This document shows positions 28,475-44,274 of a stretch of DNA of 64,000 bases, piece after piece (within the stretch, counting starts at the first letter, position 1; the number at the start of each line of letters is the position of its first letter). Below the pieces are notes generated by a model. That model was not told the DNA's origin, made no database searches, and saw only the letters and a list, made by a program, of their open reading frames with translations. Both the position numbers and the translations under genes were made by a program. The stretch lies in NCBI GenBank assembly GCA_044892525.1, contig CM097885.1, forward strand, positions 8,868,001-8,932,000. The letters run 5' to 3'. This DNA comes from Schmidtea polychroa. Taxonomy: Eukaryota.

Positions 28475-29029
28475 GTAAGAAATTTTTAAATTAATATAAA
28501 TAAGATTTTATATGGTTTTTATAATATCTCCCCTTCGGAGGATTTAGGAAACTATTTTTAATAGTGATTTCTGATCTGATATTTCCTTTAGAAAATTACT
28601 TTTGAGTTATCTAGAAAATGCATATTTTGACGAAAAAGAATTTTAAATTGTGAAAAAATTTATTTTGAAATTCAACCAAATTCAGTCGAATAATACACAA
28701 ATCAAATTTGATAAATAAAAAAAAATTTATGAATGCTAAAAATGAAAATAAAAATATTTAAAAAATTCATTAATATAAAAACCGAATGGTCGGTAATAAT
28801 TAACGAATTTGATTGTAATATCATTTATTTACAAAAGCTAATATGAGATAGTAGATGGATTGGTCACCGCTAGATCAGGTCACCGCTAGATCACCTACCC
28901 CCCCCCCCACCCCCCCCCCCGGCAGGAAAAATTTTTTTAAGATTTTTTTTTCAAGGTCAAATTTTTAACAAAGACAATGACTCATCAAGGTCATTGAAAC
29001 AAAGAACTTTTTTTTTTGTTTTAATTATC

Positions 29030-30095
29030 GTGATCTAGCGGTGACCTACCTTTTGACTTCCCAGAACTTTTTGAGTTTTCAAAATTATTTAAATATTTAT
29101 ACATCATTTTGAAGGCCAGACGAAAATCTATCTTTTAAGCCATAGAAATAATTTTTATCATTAGTGGTGCAAAAGTTATTAATTTTTTAGTCAGACACTA
29201 ATTTGGTTAAAATTATTATTATTTTTCAAAATATTATTATTTTCAAGGTCATATTATTATTAAGTGATCTAGCGGTGACCTACCTTTTGACTTCCCAGAA
29301 CCTTTTGAGTTTTCAAAATTATTTAAATATTTATACATCATTTTGAAGGCCAGACGAAAATCTATCTTTTAAGCCATAGAAATAATTTTTATCATCAGTG
29401 GTACAAAAGTTATTAATTTTTTAGTCAGACACTAATTTGGTTAAAATTATTATTATTTTTCAAAAATATTATTAAGTGATCTAGCGGTGACCTACCTTTT
29501 GACTTCCCAGAACTTTTTCAATTTTCAAAATTATTTAAATATTTATACATCATTTTGAAGGCCAGACGAAAATCTATCTTTTAAGCCATAGAAATAATTT
29601 TTATCATTAGTGGTACAAAAGTTATTAATTTTTTAGTCAGACACTAATTTGGTTAAAATTATTATTATTTTTCAAAATATTATTATTTTCAAGGTCATAT
29701 TATTATTAAGTGATCTAGCGGTGACCTACCTTTTGACTTCCCAGAACTTTTTGAGTTTTCAAAATTATTTAAATATTTATACATTATTTTGAAGGCCAGT
29801 CGAAAATCTATCTTTTGAGCCATTAAAATAATTTTTATCATCAGTGGTACAAAAGTTATTAATTTTTTAGTCAGACACTAATTTGGTTAAAATTATTATT
29901 ATTTTTCAAAAATATTATTAAGTGATCTAGCGGTGACCTACCTTTTGACTTCCCAGAACTTTTTGAGTTTTCAAAATTATTTAAATATTTATACATTATT
30001 TTGAAGGCCAGTCGAAAATCTATCTTTTAAGCCATAGAAATAATTTTTATCATCAGTGGTACAAAAGTTATTAATTTTTTAGTCAGAGACTGATT
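29030..30095. repeat. Five tandem units, alternating 234/212 bp, each starting GTGATCTAGCGGTGACC
   Basis: Unit starts at 29030, 29264, 29476, 29710 and 29922; mirrored at ~44275-45340. Confidence 0.9.
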
Positions 30096-30178
30096 TATGG
30101 TTAAAATTTTCAAAAATGTTCAAAATTTACTAAGTAATTTGCGGGTAATTTGTCAATCATCCAATCAGGTACGACTTT

Positions 30179-30713
<535 letters not shown>

Positions 30714-31422
30714 GGGTAATGCTCGCAAGGGTACTGCCCGGAGTCTATCCGACAAAATATTTTGTCCCCCTATTTGTACGGCTCACAAGGGTACTGGTCA
30801 CGCTCAACAAGTCACAAGGGTACGGCGCAACACACACACACATATTATTATTATTATTATTATTTTCAAGGTCATATTATTTTATTTTTATTTTAATTAT
30901 CGATTGCGTAATAATAATAATTTTGTTTAAATCGTTGATTATATGATAATATTTTTATTTTTGTTTTAATTATCGATTACTTAATAATTTAATTTTGTTT
31001 AAATCGTTGATTATATGATTTTTTTTGTTTTAATTATCAATTACATAATAATTTCATTTTGTTTATTTTTCAAAATATTATTATTTTCAAGGTCATATTA
31101 TTATTTTCAAGGTTTATTATTATTTTTCAAAATATTATTATTTTCAAGGTCGTATTATTTTTTTTTGTTTTAATTATCGATTATGTAATAATTTAATTTT
31201 GTTTAAATCGTTGATTATATGATTTTTTTTGTTTTAATTATCAATTACACAATAATTTCATTTTGTTTAAATCGTTGATTATATTATTTTTTTTATTTTA
31301 ATTATCGATTACGTTTGTTTAAATTATCGATTATGTAATTATTTAATTTATCATTATTATTGGGAAAGAACGCCCGCACGGAAGATTAAAATAAATATTA
31401 TTATTTTCAAAGTTTTAATCAA

Positions 31423-31491
<69 letters not shown>

Positions 31492-31528
31492 AATTATTAT
31501 TATTATTTTCAAAGTTTTAATCAATATT

Positions 31529-31559
<31 letters not shown>

Positions 31560-31963
31560 TTAATATTTTCAAAGTTATTTTGAAAATTCTTCTTATTATT
31601 ATTATAATTATAATTTGCAAATATTCATAAAACCTAATTTCTACGTCCATTTTATGCTTTTCAGCATTTTCATCATTTGTATATTTTAATAATTTTCAAT
31701 ATTTTCATAATTTCCAACATTTTCATGATTTTCATAATTATTAATATTTTCATGGATTTTTAACATTTTCATAATTTTCTACATTTTCATAATTTTCTAC
31801 ATTTTCATAGTTTTCTACATTTTCAATATTTTCATTATTATTTCAGGAACATTTTCATTAGTTACATGAACATTTTCATCAAATATTTTTCAAAGTAATA
31901 TTTCCGTTAGCTTATTTTCAAACAGTTTTTCAAAGTTCTTATTATTACTATTATTATTATTAC

Positions 31964-32056
<93 letters not shown>

Positions 32057-32305
32057 GATTATTATTATGATTATGATTGCAAATATTCATAAAACTTAAT
32101 TTCTGCGTCAATTTCATGATTTTCAACATTTTGATCATTTACATGAATATTTTAATAATTTTCTACATTTTCATAATTTTCTACATTTTCAATATTTTAA
32201 CGATTTTCAACATTTTCACGATTTTCAGCATTTTCATGATTATTTCAGGAACTTTTTCATCAAATATTTTTCAAAGTATTATTTTCAAAGAATTATTTTC
32301 AAAGA

Positions 32306-32336
<31 letters not shown>

Positions 32337-32589
32337 TTTGCAAAGGTCTAATTATTATTTTAATTTAGAAGTTTCATTATTATTATTTACTTAAATATTT
32401 ATAAACTTAATTTCTACGTCAATTACATGATTTTCAACATTTTCATCATTTGCATGATTATTTTAATAATTTTCTACATTTTCAATATTTTCACGATTTT
32501 CAACATTTTCATGATTATTTCAGGAACTTTTCATCGAATATTTTTCAAAGTATTATTTTCAAAAAACTATTTTCAAATTATTTTCAAAG

Positions 32590-32680
<91 letters not shown>

Positions 32681-32922
32681 CTCCTAGTCTATCCGACAAA
32701 ATATTTTGTCCCCCTATGGGTACTGTTCACACTCAACAGGTTGCAAGGGTACTAGTCATGTTTATTATTATTGTTATACAATATGATGTTACTTAGACAT
32801 TTGAAGGTTCAACCATGGTTACAATTTCTACATTTTGAAAACTCTAATTTGATTGGCTATCTCAATCGTTATAAATGTAAAAACAAAAGTAATTTAGTTA
32901 TTAAGAAATTTATTTATTACTG

Positions 32923-33576
32923 ATGATTTCAACAAGTAACACTGTTGAATATGAATGTATAAATCACAAAACACATTTGGTAACTTTATTATTTTGTCAA
33001 TATTTTTATATATGTCATTTATAGCAAGGAAATCCTACTAGAAATAAGGAAATATAAAGTCCAACCTATTCCGAAGATAAGCGTTCATTGAAATTGTTCA
33101 ACACAGTTGAAGATTTTATAAATAATCATGATACTTACACTGATAAGGAAATCATAAATATTTTAAAAATTTTTAAACATTCCTCTATTCAATATTTGAT
33201 TGATTTATTTAATTATGATAAATGCATTTTAAAGTTATCTAGTTATTTAATGTATTTAGAAAAAACAGTGGTAAACAACGATTCACTGAATGAATGCTTT
33301 TGGAGTTGCATGTATTTAAGGTTGAAACCGGGATATAGTAGATTGATTTATGAATGGATAGCAAAAGCCGATTTGATTGAAAATAAGCTAACGGAAAAAC
33401 TGAACGATGTTAAGAAAAGGTATTTAACTTGTTCAATTTGTAAAGAAAATCAAGTTTCGGTTTTGTATTTACCGTGTGGTCACGTAATTGTTTGTTCTAA
33501 GTGTCACGAGAAGAATGTTCACAATTGTCAAGCCTGTTCAACACTGATTAATGAATATCATACTATATACATGTAA
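32923..33576 (+). pseudogene. Two-exon gene with a C-terminal IAP-type RING finger and an in-frame stop in exon 2
   Basis: Exon 1 32923-32979, GT-AG intron 32980-33024, exon 2 in frame with ORF 33088-33576 but with TAA at 33055-33057. Ends CSICKENQVSVLYLPCGHVIVCSKC...CQACSTLINEYHTIYM. ATTGG and TATAAAT lie upstream. Confidence 0.75.
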
Positions 33577-34719
33577 GTTCTCAATACAAATCAATACAAT
33601 ATCAAAGTCAAATGAATTATTACCATCCATAATGACGGTACTATAATGTAGAAAATTTTCAAACATTGAATAATATGAAATCATCTTGGTAATTAAATAT
33701 ATTGGGCGCAACTACCAAATGGTGATGATATGATGAAGGGATACCCATGAGTTCATCAAAATGAGAAAAAGATCTTCTCAAGAACCATCAAAATGCTCGA
33801 AAAGAAGAAGAAACCCTAACCAATATTTTAAAGTTGCCATTATATGTTGCAGTAGTATTGGTTATTACTGTTTCGTAAATAAATGTTTTAATTTGTTTTT
33901 ATAAATTTATTGTTTTATTCTAATACTTTTTGATTAAAACATTCATTATTAATTCATTTTGTTTTAATATTTGTATTAATTTTTGAAATAGTGATATTTA
34001 TATATATGGAAATTTACAATTCATGAAATATTCATAATGATGCTTTTCTCTGTCCATTCATTCTCCTCTGATATTACTGCCATAATCATCTTCAACATAA
34101 TGCAAATATAATATTTCTAATGTCTTTGTTAATCATGACCATTTATTGCAAAGTCTTTGTTAATTATGCACTTGTATTGCAAATTTATTAGTCATACAAT
34201 CATATTATTTTTTCATGCCCTGTCATAATATTATTATTTTTAATTTTATTATTATGATTATTTTATTTAACAATACCATATAGCAAATTTTTAGGCAATT
34301 TAGTGAAAAGTACGTGGTTATTTTAAATATAGGAATTTCTTAAGTAAAATATTTCCAGATAAATTTACCAATTTAGTTAGAAATCCATGTTTTTGGTTGT
34401 ACCATTTAATTAAAATATCCTTGGATTCATAACAATTTTTATATAGTTGATACATATACCAATTATTTAACTTGAAACATAACAGAATTCGTAGGTAATA
34501 TAGAATATTTGTGTATTTTTTTTAGTTAATTTATAAATATTATCTGACATTTTGATGAATCAATGCAATATACAACAAATTAATCAATAAAAACCATAGC
34601 ATATTGTAAGTATTTATATATAGTCTGAATTTTTCCGACAAAATATTCTGTTCCCCTATGTGTATTTGTCGTAAGGGTCATATTCAATATGTCGCTGGTC
34701 ATATTCAATATGTCGCAAG

Positions 34720-36545
34720 GGTATATTAATTAAGGCATATGTATATTAGTTAAACATTCTTAGGTAATTTAGTGAGAAATGCATAATCATTAATAACAAC
34801 ATATATTCATTGATAATTTTGGTAGAAAGTCTTTATCATTTGGAGTAAATTTCTGTCTTTGTTCGAGTCAAAAAAGGAGTCATAATAGAAACATGATCAT
34901 TTGGTTATCATCTAACCAATTAAGGTGCTCATTAGTTAGAAATATAGGGTTACAATTCTTTTCTAATTTAATGAGATGATCATTGGGTGTAATATATCTT
35001 TGTGAGAAATATATGGTTAACATTTTTAAATAGGGATTTTTGAGTAACCAAAACAGGGATATTTTGTGTGAATAATTTAAGAATATTGGTTAATTTTCTC
35101 TTTTTTAGTCATTTAAAATAATATTTAACAAAGGTAATTTAGCAAAATATCATTGAAAGATTTATCCATCCAATAACAATATTCCTTCAATAGATTTTAC
35201 CCTTTATTCAACCGATTTAATTTCTAGAAATCTAATTAAAATCATGAAATTCCTTCAATAAAGATCAATTTTCTTTAGCTGTTGTCGATTTCCAACTTTT
35301 AAGTCATTATTTCTCAAGTTTTGTCACTGATATCCCAACAATGAATAAAATAACTTCTTAAATAAAATAATTTAAAGCAATAACCTTTGATATCAATCCC
35401 AATTAATTCTAAAGATTTCAAATACTTCATTGTCAAAACCAAGTAAATTGATCATTAACCCTAAACGACTTAATAAAACAGTGGATAATTAATAAAAAAC
35501 TGGTTCTAAAACATAAATCTGAATTACTGTGCAATAACATTCATCACAACCTAATAAACCTCTAAGACGATATAATTTCACAGGAACTATAAATAATTCA
35601 TAGCTAAATACTGACTATTTCCCTTTAAAATTTTACCAATACATTGTCGGTTTAAATAAAGATTTCAAACATTTCCACCTTAACCGATCCCTCACTAAAT
35701 ATTTCTACCATTTTAAACACCCCCTTAAAATCATATATTCCCATCTTAACTGAACCTTCACTAAATCCAACCGACTTTAATATATCAGCCCTTTAATATA
35801 TCAATTCTCTTAAAATCCATAGAAAATTCTTCAAAATATGAATTTTATTTAATTGTTACAGACATCCTTCCATTGAAATAATTTCGTATCTAAGAGCCCA
35901 CTAAAAGATCAAAATTCACTAAAATCAATATTTTCTACAAATATTTCACCACATTTACCATCAAATACCTAACTAGAGGTGAAATATATTGATTGATCAT
36001 AATTCTTCATCGATTCAGCCAATTATATAGCAATTATAACGTGATATATCTTTCAAAATCATAAATTGCAGTTTTTTTTTTACAATAATTTTCTAGTAGA
36101 TTTCAAATATATCATCATGATAAAATTAGCTGGTTTCAACTTTAGATTTTCAATATTTAAAAGTTCATCAATATTCGTAGAAAATATATGAAAAAATTAT
36201 TTAGTCAAATTCAATATCATTACAAAGTCATCATAAAAATTAAATAATAATAATCACTTGATTATTGTCAAAACTCTAATTATTAACCCAACTGTCATTA
36301 AAAATAATTTTTATTTAAAATTAAATTTAAAAATAAGTCAATAAAATATAGCAAATTATCAAGAAATTAATTAAAAATGTCTTAGAATTAACACTAAAAC
36401 CTTAAATTTCAAAATATTCTTTCAATTATTCACAAAAAGGTTAGTAATAATGTTAGTAAAATCCCGCTAACTCTAAAAATAACCAATGAATTTAATGCTA
36501 AATAATAACCACAAATTTGCCTAAATAAAATCATTAAAACACCCC
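34720..36545 (-). pseudogene. Unidentified, heavily decayed coding-like remnant shared by elements B and C
   Basis: Homologous blocks at 17130-18890 and 37830-39640. Purine-rich short open stretches broken by many stops; product not recognisable. Confidence 0.3.
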
Positions 36546-39500
36546 AGTACCTTTACGACCAGTACCCTTACGAGCAGTACCCTTACGAGCAGTACCGATT
36601 GAGAACAGTACCCATAGAGGGAGAAAATATCTTGTCGGATAAACTCAGAGTATATATAATAAAACGAATTAACAATAACTCCATCAAATTGAATCAGTCA
36701 AATTAACACAAATTTTGATAAAAAATCTTATTCTAAAATGGTAAGAAGCGTAAAGTCGAAAGATAATTTTAATAACACCGAAATAAATTAACAATATTAT
36801 TCTCAGGTGGTAAGGATCTTAATTAAAGTGAGGAAATTATAAGAACTAACAATTGCTGTAAAGTATTTAATCGAATTTGGTTTTGTTGTTTTATGTCTTT
36901 CGGTTATATTCGAGTAAGTTTTCGTGTGTCCCTTTTAACTTTGAGTGCTTATTTTCATTGAAAAGAGTAATGTATCTTAAATTATCTTTAAGAATATTTG
37001 TTTTTGAAAATGAAATATTTAGTGTAAAATAGTAAATTTAATAATAAATTGCTAATATTAAAGGACTTAATCAAAATTAAAAATAAGAATTTATCATAAT
37101 TACTCAGTCAAATACCATTCACGGTTTCTTATGTGATAAAATAATCATTTGGAGAATAAATTCTTTATTAAATAAAAGTTTATCACATTATTAAAATATT
37201 TTAATTCGCTAGTAACTCATATAATAGAAATAATTTTATTTATATATCCTCATCACTTATAGCCGTCGATTCTCGATTTCCCACGAATTATTATAAGTTA
37301 TATCATCCGACAAATATTTCTTTTAAAATTGTATTAAATATTTTTTATTAAAGTGATCATTTTTATGAAATTTTATGAATTTTATGTAATTTTAAATAAA
37401 TACAATTAATATATATCCATGCCACTTCTCAGTATATTTTCATTGACCTTCCATAATCCAATAATGAATAATTCTAACACTTATTTTAACCCTTTTGAAT
37501 TTTATTATTAATATATCACAGAATAATAAATAATTTCCTCACTTTAATGAAGATCCTTACCACCTGAGAATAATATTGTTAATTTATTTCGGTGTTATTA
37601 AAATTATCTTTCGACTTTACGCTTCTTACCATTTTAGAATAAGATTTTTTATCAAAATTTGTGTTAATTTGACTGATTCAATTTGATGGAGTTATTGTTA
37701 ATTCATTTTATTATATATACTCTGAGTTTATCCGACAAGATATTTTCTCCCTCTATGGGTACTGTTCTCAATCGGTACTGCTCGTAAGGGTACTGCTCGT
37801 AAGGGTACTGGTCGTAAAGGTACTGGGGTGTTTTAATGATTTTATTTAGGCAAATTTGTGGTTATTATTTAGCATTAAATTCATTGGTTATTTTTAGAGT
37901 TAGCGGGATTTTACTAACATTATTACTAACCTTTTTGTGAATAATTGAAAGAATATTTTGAAATTTAAGGTTTTAGTGTTAATTCTAAGACATTTTTAAT
38001 TAATTTCTTGATAATTTGCTATATTTTATTGACTTATTTTTAAATTTAATTTTAAATAAAAATTATTTTTAATGACAGTTGGGTTAATAATTAGAGTTTT
38101 GACAATAATCAAGTGATTATTATTATTTAATTTTTATGATGACTTTGTAATGATATTGAATTTGACTAAATAATTTTTTCATATATTTTCTACGAATATT
38201 GATGAACTTTTAAATATTGAAAATCTAAAGTTGAAACCAGCTAATTTTATCATGATGATATATTTGAAATCTACTAGAAAATTATTGTAAAAAAAAAACT
38301 GCAATTTATGATTTTGAAAGATATATCACGTTATAATTGCTATATAATTGGCTGAATCGATGAAGAATTATGATCAATCAATATATTTCACCTCTAGTTA
38401 GGTATTTGATGGTAAATGTGGTGAAATATTTGTAGAAAATATTGATTTTAGTGAATTTTGATCTTTTAGTGGGCTCTTAGATACGAAATTATTTCAATGG
38501 AAGGATGTCTGTAACAATTAAATAAAATTCATATTTTGAAGAATTTTCTATGGATTTTAAGAGAATTGATATATTAAAGGGCTGATATATTAAAGTCGGT
38601 TGGATTTAGTGAAGGTTCAGTTAAGATGGGAATATATGATTTTAAGGGGGTGTTTAAAATGGTAGAAATATTTAGTGAGGGATCGGTTAAGGTGGAAATG
38701 TTTGAAATCTTTATTTAAACCGACAATGTATTGGTAAAATTTTAAAGGGAAATAGTCAGTATTTAGCTATGAATTATTTATAGTTCCTGTGAAATTATAT
38801 CGTCTTAGAGGTTTATTAGGTTGTGATGAATGTTATTGCACAGTAATTCAGATTTATGTTTTAGAACCAGTTTTTTATTAATTATCCACTGTTTTATTAA
38901 GTCGTTTAGGGTTAATGATCAATTTACTTGGTTTTGACAATGAAGTATTTGAAATCTTTAGAATTAATTGGGATTGATATCAAAGGTTATTGCTTTAAAT
39001 TATTTTATTTAAGAAGTTATTTTATTCATTGTTGGGATATCAGTGACAAAACTTGAGAAATAATGACTTAAAAGTTGGAAATCGACAACAGCTAAAGAAA
39101 ATTGATCTTTATTGAAGGAATTTCATGATTTTAATTAGATTTCTAGAAATTAAATCGGTTGAATAAAGGGTAAAATCTATTGAAGGAATATTGTTATTGG
39201 ATGGATAAATCTTTCAATGATATTTTGCTAAATTACCTTTGTTAAATATTATTTTAAATGACTAAAAAAAGAGAAAATTAACCAATATTCTTAAATTATT
39301 CACACAAAATATCCCTGTTTTGGTTACTCAAAAATCCCTATTTAAAAATGTTAACCATATATTTCTCACAAAGATATATTACACCCAATGATCATCTCAT
39401 TAAATTAGAAAAGAATTGTAACCCTATATTTCTAACTAATGAGCACCTTAATTGGTTAGATGATAACCAAATGATCATGTTTCTATTATGACTCCTTTTT

Positions 39501-40794
39501 TGACTCGAACAAAGACAGAAATTTACTCCAAATGATAAAGACTTTCTACCAAAATTATCAATGAATATATGTTGTTATTAATGATTATGCATTTCTCACT
39601 AAATTACCTAAGAATGTTTAACTAATATACATATGCCTTAATTAATATACCCTTGCGACATATTGAATATGACCAGCGACATATTGAATATGACCCTTAC
39701 GACAAATACACATAGGGGAACAGAATATTTTGTCGGAAAAATTCAGACTATATATAAATACTTACAATATGCTATGGTTTTTATTGATTAATTTGTTGTA
39801 TATTGCATTGATTCATCAAAATGTCAGATAATATTTATAAATTAACTAAAAAAAATACACAAATATTCTATATTACCTACGAATTCTGTTATGTTTCAAG
39901 TTAAATAATTGGTATATGTATCAACTATATAAAAATTGTTATGAATCCAAGGATATTTTAATTAAATGGTACAACCAAAAACATGGATTTCTAACTAAAT
40001 TGGTAAATTTATCTGGAAATATTTTACTTAAGAAATTCCTATATTTAAAATAACCACGTACTTTTCACTAAATTGCCTAAAAATTTGCTATATGGTATTG
40101 TTAAATAAAATAATCATAATAATAAAATTAAAAATAATAATATTATGACAGGGCATGAAAAAATAATATGATTGTATGACTAATAAATTTGCAATACAAG
40201 TGCATAATTAACAAAGACTTTGCAATAAATGGTCATGATTAACAAAGACATTAGAAATATTATATTTGCATTATGTTGAAGATGATTATGGCAGTAATAT
40301 CAGAGGAGAATGAATGGACAGAGAAAAGCATCATTATGAATATTTCATGAATTGTAAATTTCCATATATATAAATATCACTATTTCAAAAATTAATACAA
40401 ATATTAAAACAAAATGAATTAATAATGAATGTTTTAATCAAAAAGTATTAGAATAAAACAATAAATTTATAAAAACAAATTAAAACATTTATTTACGAAA
40501 CAGTAATAACCAATACTACTGCAACATATAATGGCAACTTTAAAATATTGGTTAGGGTTTCTTCTTCTTTTCGAGCATTTTGATGGTTCTTGAGAAGATC
40601 TTTTTCTCATTTTGATGAACTCATGGGTATCCCTTCATCATATCATCACCATTTGGTAGTTGCGCCCAATATATTTAATTACCAAGATGATTTCATATTA
40701 TTCAATGTTTGAAAATTTTCTACATTATAGTACCGTCATTATGGATGGTAATAATTCATTTGACTTTGATATTGTATTGATTTGTATTGAGAAC

Positions 40795-41448
40795 TTACAT
40801 GTATATAGTATGATATTCATTAATCAGTGTTGAACAGGCTTGACAATTGTGAACATTCTTCTCGTGACACTTAGAACAAACAATTACGTGACCACACGGT
40901 AAATACAAAACCGAAACTTGATTTTCTTTACAAATTGAACAAGTTAAATACCTTTTCTTAACATCGTTCAGTTTTTCCGTTAGCTTATTTTCAATCAAAT
41001 CGGCTTTTGCTATCCATTCATAAATCAATCTACTATATCCCGGTTTCAACCTTAAATACATGCAACTCCAAAAGCATTCATTCAGTGAATCGTTGTTTAC
41101 CACTGTTTTTTCTAAATACATTAAATAACTAGATAACTTTAAAATGCATTTATCATAATTAAATAAATCAATCAAATATTGAATAGAGGAATGTTTAAAA
41201 ATTTTTAAAATATTTATGATTTCCTTATCAGTGTAAGTATCATGATTATTTATAAAATCTTCAACTGTGTTGAACAATTTCAATGAACGCTTATCTTCGG
41301 AATAGGTTGGACTTTATATTTCCTTATTTCTAGTAGGATTTCCTTGCTATAAATGACATATATAAAAATATTGACAAAATAATAAAGTTACCAAATGTGT
41401 TTTGTGATTTATACATTCATATTCAACAGTGTTACTTGTTGAAATCAT
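40795..41448 (-). pseudogene. Second copy of the IAP-type RING gene (right arm of C)
   Basis: Exact mirror of 32923-33576, including the in-frame TAA. Confidence 0.75.
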
Positions 41449-41690
41449 CAGTAATAAATAAATTTCTTAATAACTAAATTACTTTTGTTTTTACATTTAT
41501 AACGATTGAGATAGCCAATCAAATTAGAGTTTTCAAAATGTAGAAATTGTAACCATGGTTGAACCTTCAAATGTCTAAGTAACATCATATTGTATAACAA
41601 TAATAATAAACATGACTAGTACCCTTGCAACCTGTTGAGTGTGAACAGTACCCATAGGGGGACAAAATATTTTGTCGGATAGACTAGGAG

Positions 41691-41778
<88 letters not shown>

Positions 41779-42031
41779 CTTTGAAAATAATTTGAAAATA
41801 GTTTTTTGAAAATAATACTTTGAAAAATATTCGATGAAAAGTTCCTGAAATAATCATGAAAATGTTGAAAATCGTGAAAATATTGAAAATGTAGAAAATT
41901 ATTAAAATAATCATGCAAATGATGAAAATGTTGAAAATCATGTAATTGACGTAGAAATTAAGTTTATAAATATTTAAGTAAATAATAATAATGAAACTTC
42001 TAAATTAAAATAATAATTAGACCTTTGCAAA

Positions 42032-42062
<31 letters not shown>

Positions 42063-42311
42063 TCTTTGAAAATAATTCTTTGAAAATAATACTTTGAAAA
42101 ATATTTGATGAAAAAGTTCCTGAAATAATCATGAAAATGCTGAAAATCGTGAAAATGTTGAAAATCGTTAAAATATTGAAAATGTAGAAAATTATGAAAA
42201 TGTAGAAAATTATTAAAATATTCATGTAAATGATCAAAATGTTGAAAATCATGAAATTGACGCAGAAATTAAGTTTTATGAATATTTGCAATCATAATCA
42301 TAATAATAATC

Positions 42312-42407
<96 letters not shown>

Positions 42408-42811
42408 GTAATAATAATAATAGTAATAATAAGAACTTTGAAAAACTGTTTGAAAATAAGCTAACGGAAATATTACTTTGAAAAATATTTGATGAAAATG
42501 TTCATGTAACTAATGAAAATGTTCCTGAAATAATAATGAAAATATTGAAAATGTAGAAAACTATGAAAATGTAGAAAATTATGAAAATGTAGAAAATTAT
42601 GAAAATGTTAAAAATCCATGAAAATATTAATAATTATGAAAATCATGAAAATGTTGGAAATTATGAAAATATTGAAAATTATTAAAATATACAAATGATG
42701 AAAATGCTGAAAAGCATAAAATGGACGTAGAAATTAGGTTTTATGAATATTTGCAAATTATAATTATAATAATAATAAGAAGAATTTTCAAAATAACTTT
42801 GAAAATATTAA

Positions 42812-42842
<31 letters not shown>

Positions 42843-42879
42843 AATATTGATTAAAACTTTGAAAATAATAATAATAATT

Positions 42880-42948
<69 letters not shown>

Positions 42949-43657
42949 TTGATTAAAACTTTGAAAATAATAATATTTATTTTAATCTTCCGTGCGGGCG
43001 TTCTTTCCCAATAATAATGATAAATTAAATAATTACATAATCGATAATTTAAACAAACGTAATCGATAATTAAAATAAAAAAAATAATATAATCAACGAT
43101 TTAAACAAAATGAAATTATTGTGTAATTGATAATTAAAACAAAAAAAATCATATAATCAACGATTTAAACAAAATTAAATTATTACATAATCGATAATTA
43201 AAACAAAAAAAAATAATACGACCTTGAAAATAATAATATTTTGAAAAATAATAATAAACCTTGAAAATAATAATATGACCTTGAAAATAATAATATTTTG
43301 AAAAATAAACAAAATGAAATTATTGTGTAATTGATAATTAAAACAAAAAAAATCATATAATCAACGATTTAAACAAAATTAAATTATTAAGTAATCGATA
43401 ATTAAAACAAAAATAAAAATATTATCATATAATCAACGATTTAAACAAAATTATTATTATTACGCAATCGATAATTAAAATAAAAATAAAATAATATGAC
43501 CTTGAAAATAATAATAATAATAATAATATGTGTGTGTGTGTTGCGCCGTACCCTTGTGACTTGTTGAGCGTGACCAGTACCCTTGTGAGCCGTACAAATA
43601 GGGGGACAAAATATTTTGTCGGATAGACTCCGGGCAGTACCCTTGCGAGCATTACCC

Positions 43658-44188
<531 letters not shown>

Positions 44189-44274
44189 CAAAGTCGTACC
44201 TGATTGGATGATTGACAAATTACCCGCAAATTACTTAGTAAATTTTGAACATTTTTGAAAATTTTAACCATAAA

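Noticed and set aside
39200..39560. Possible cysteine-protease remnant (WLDDN and FYYDSF-like words)
   Set aside because: The motifs fall in different frames amid many stops and no catalytic His/Cys context is recoverable.
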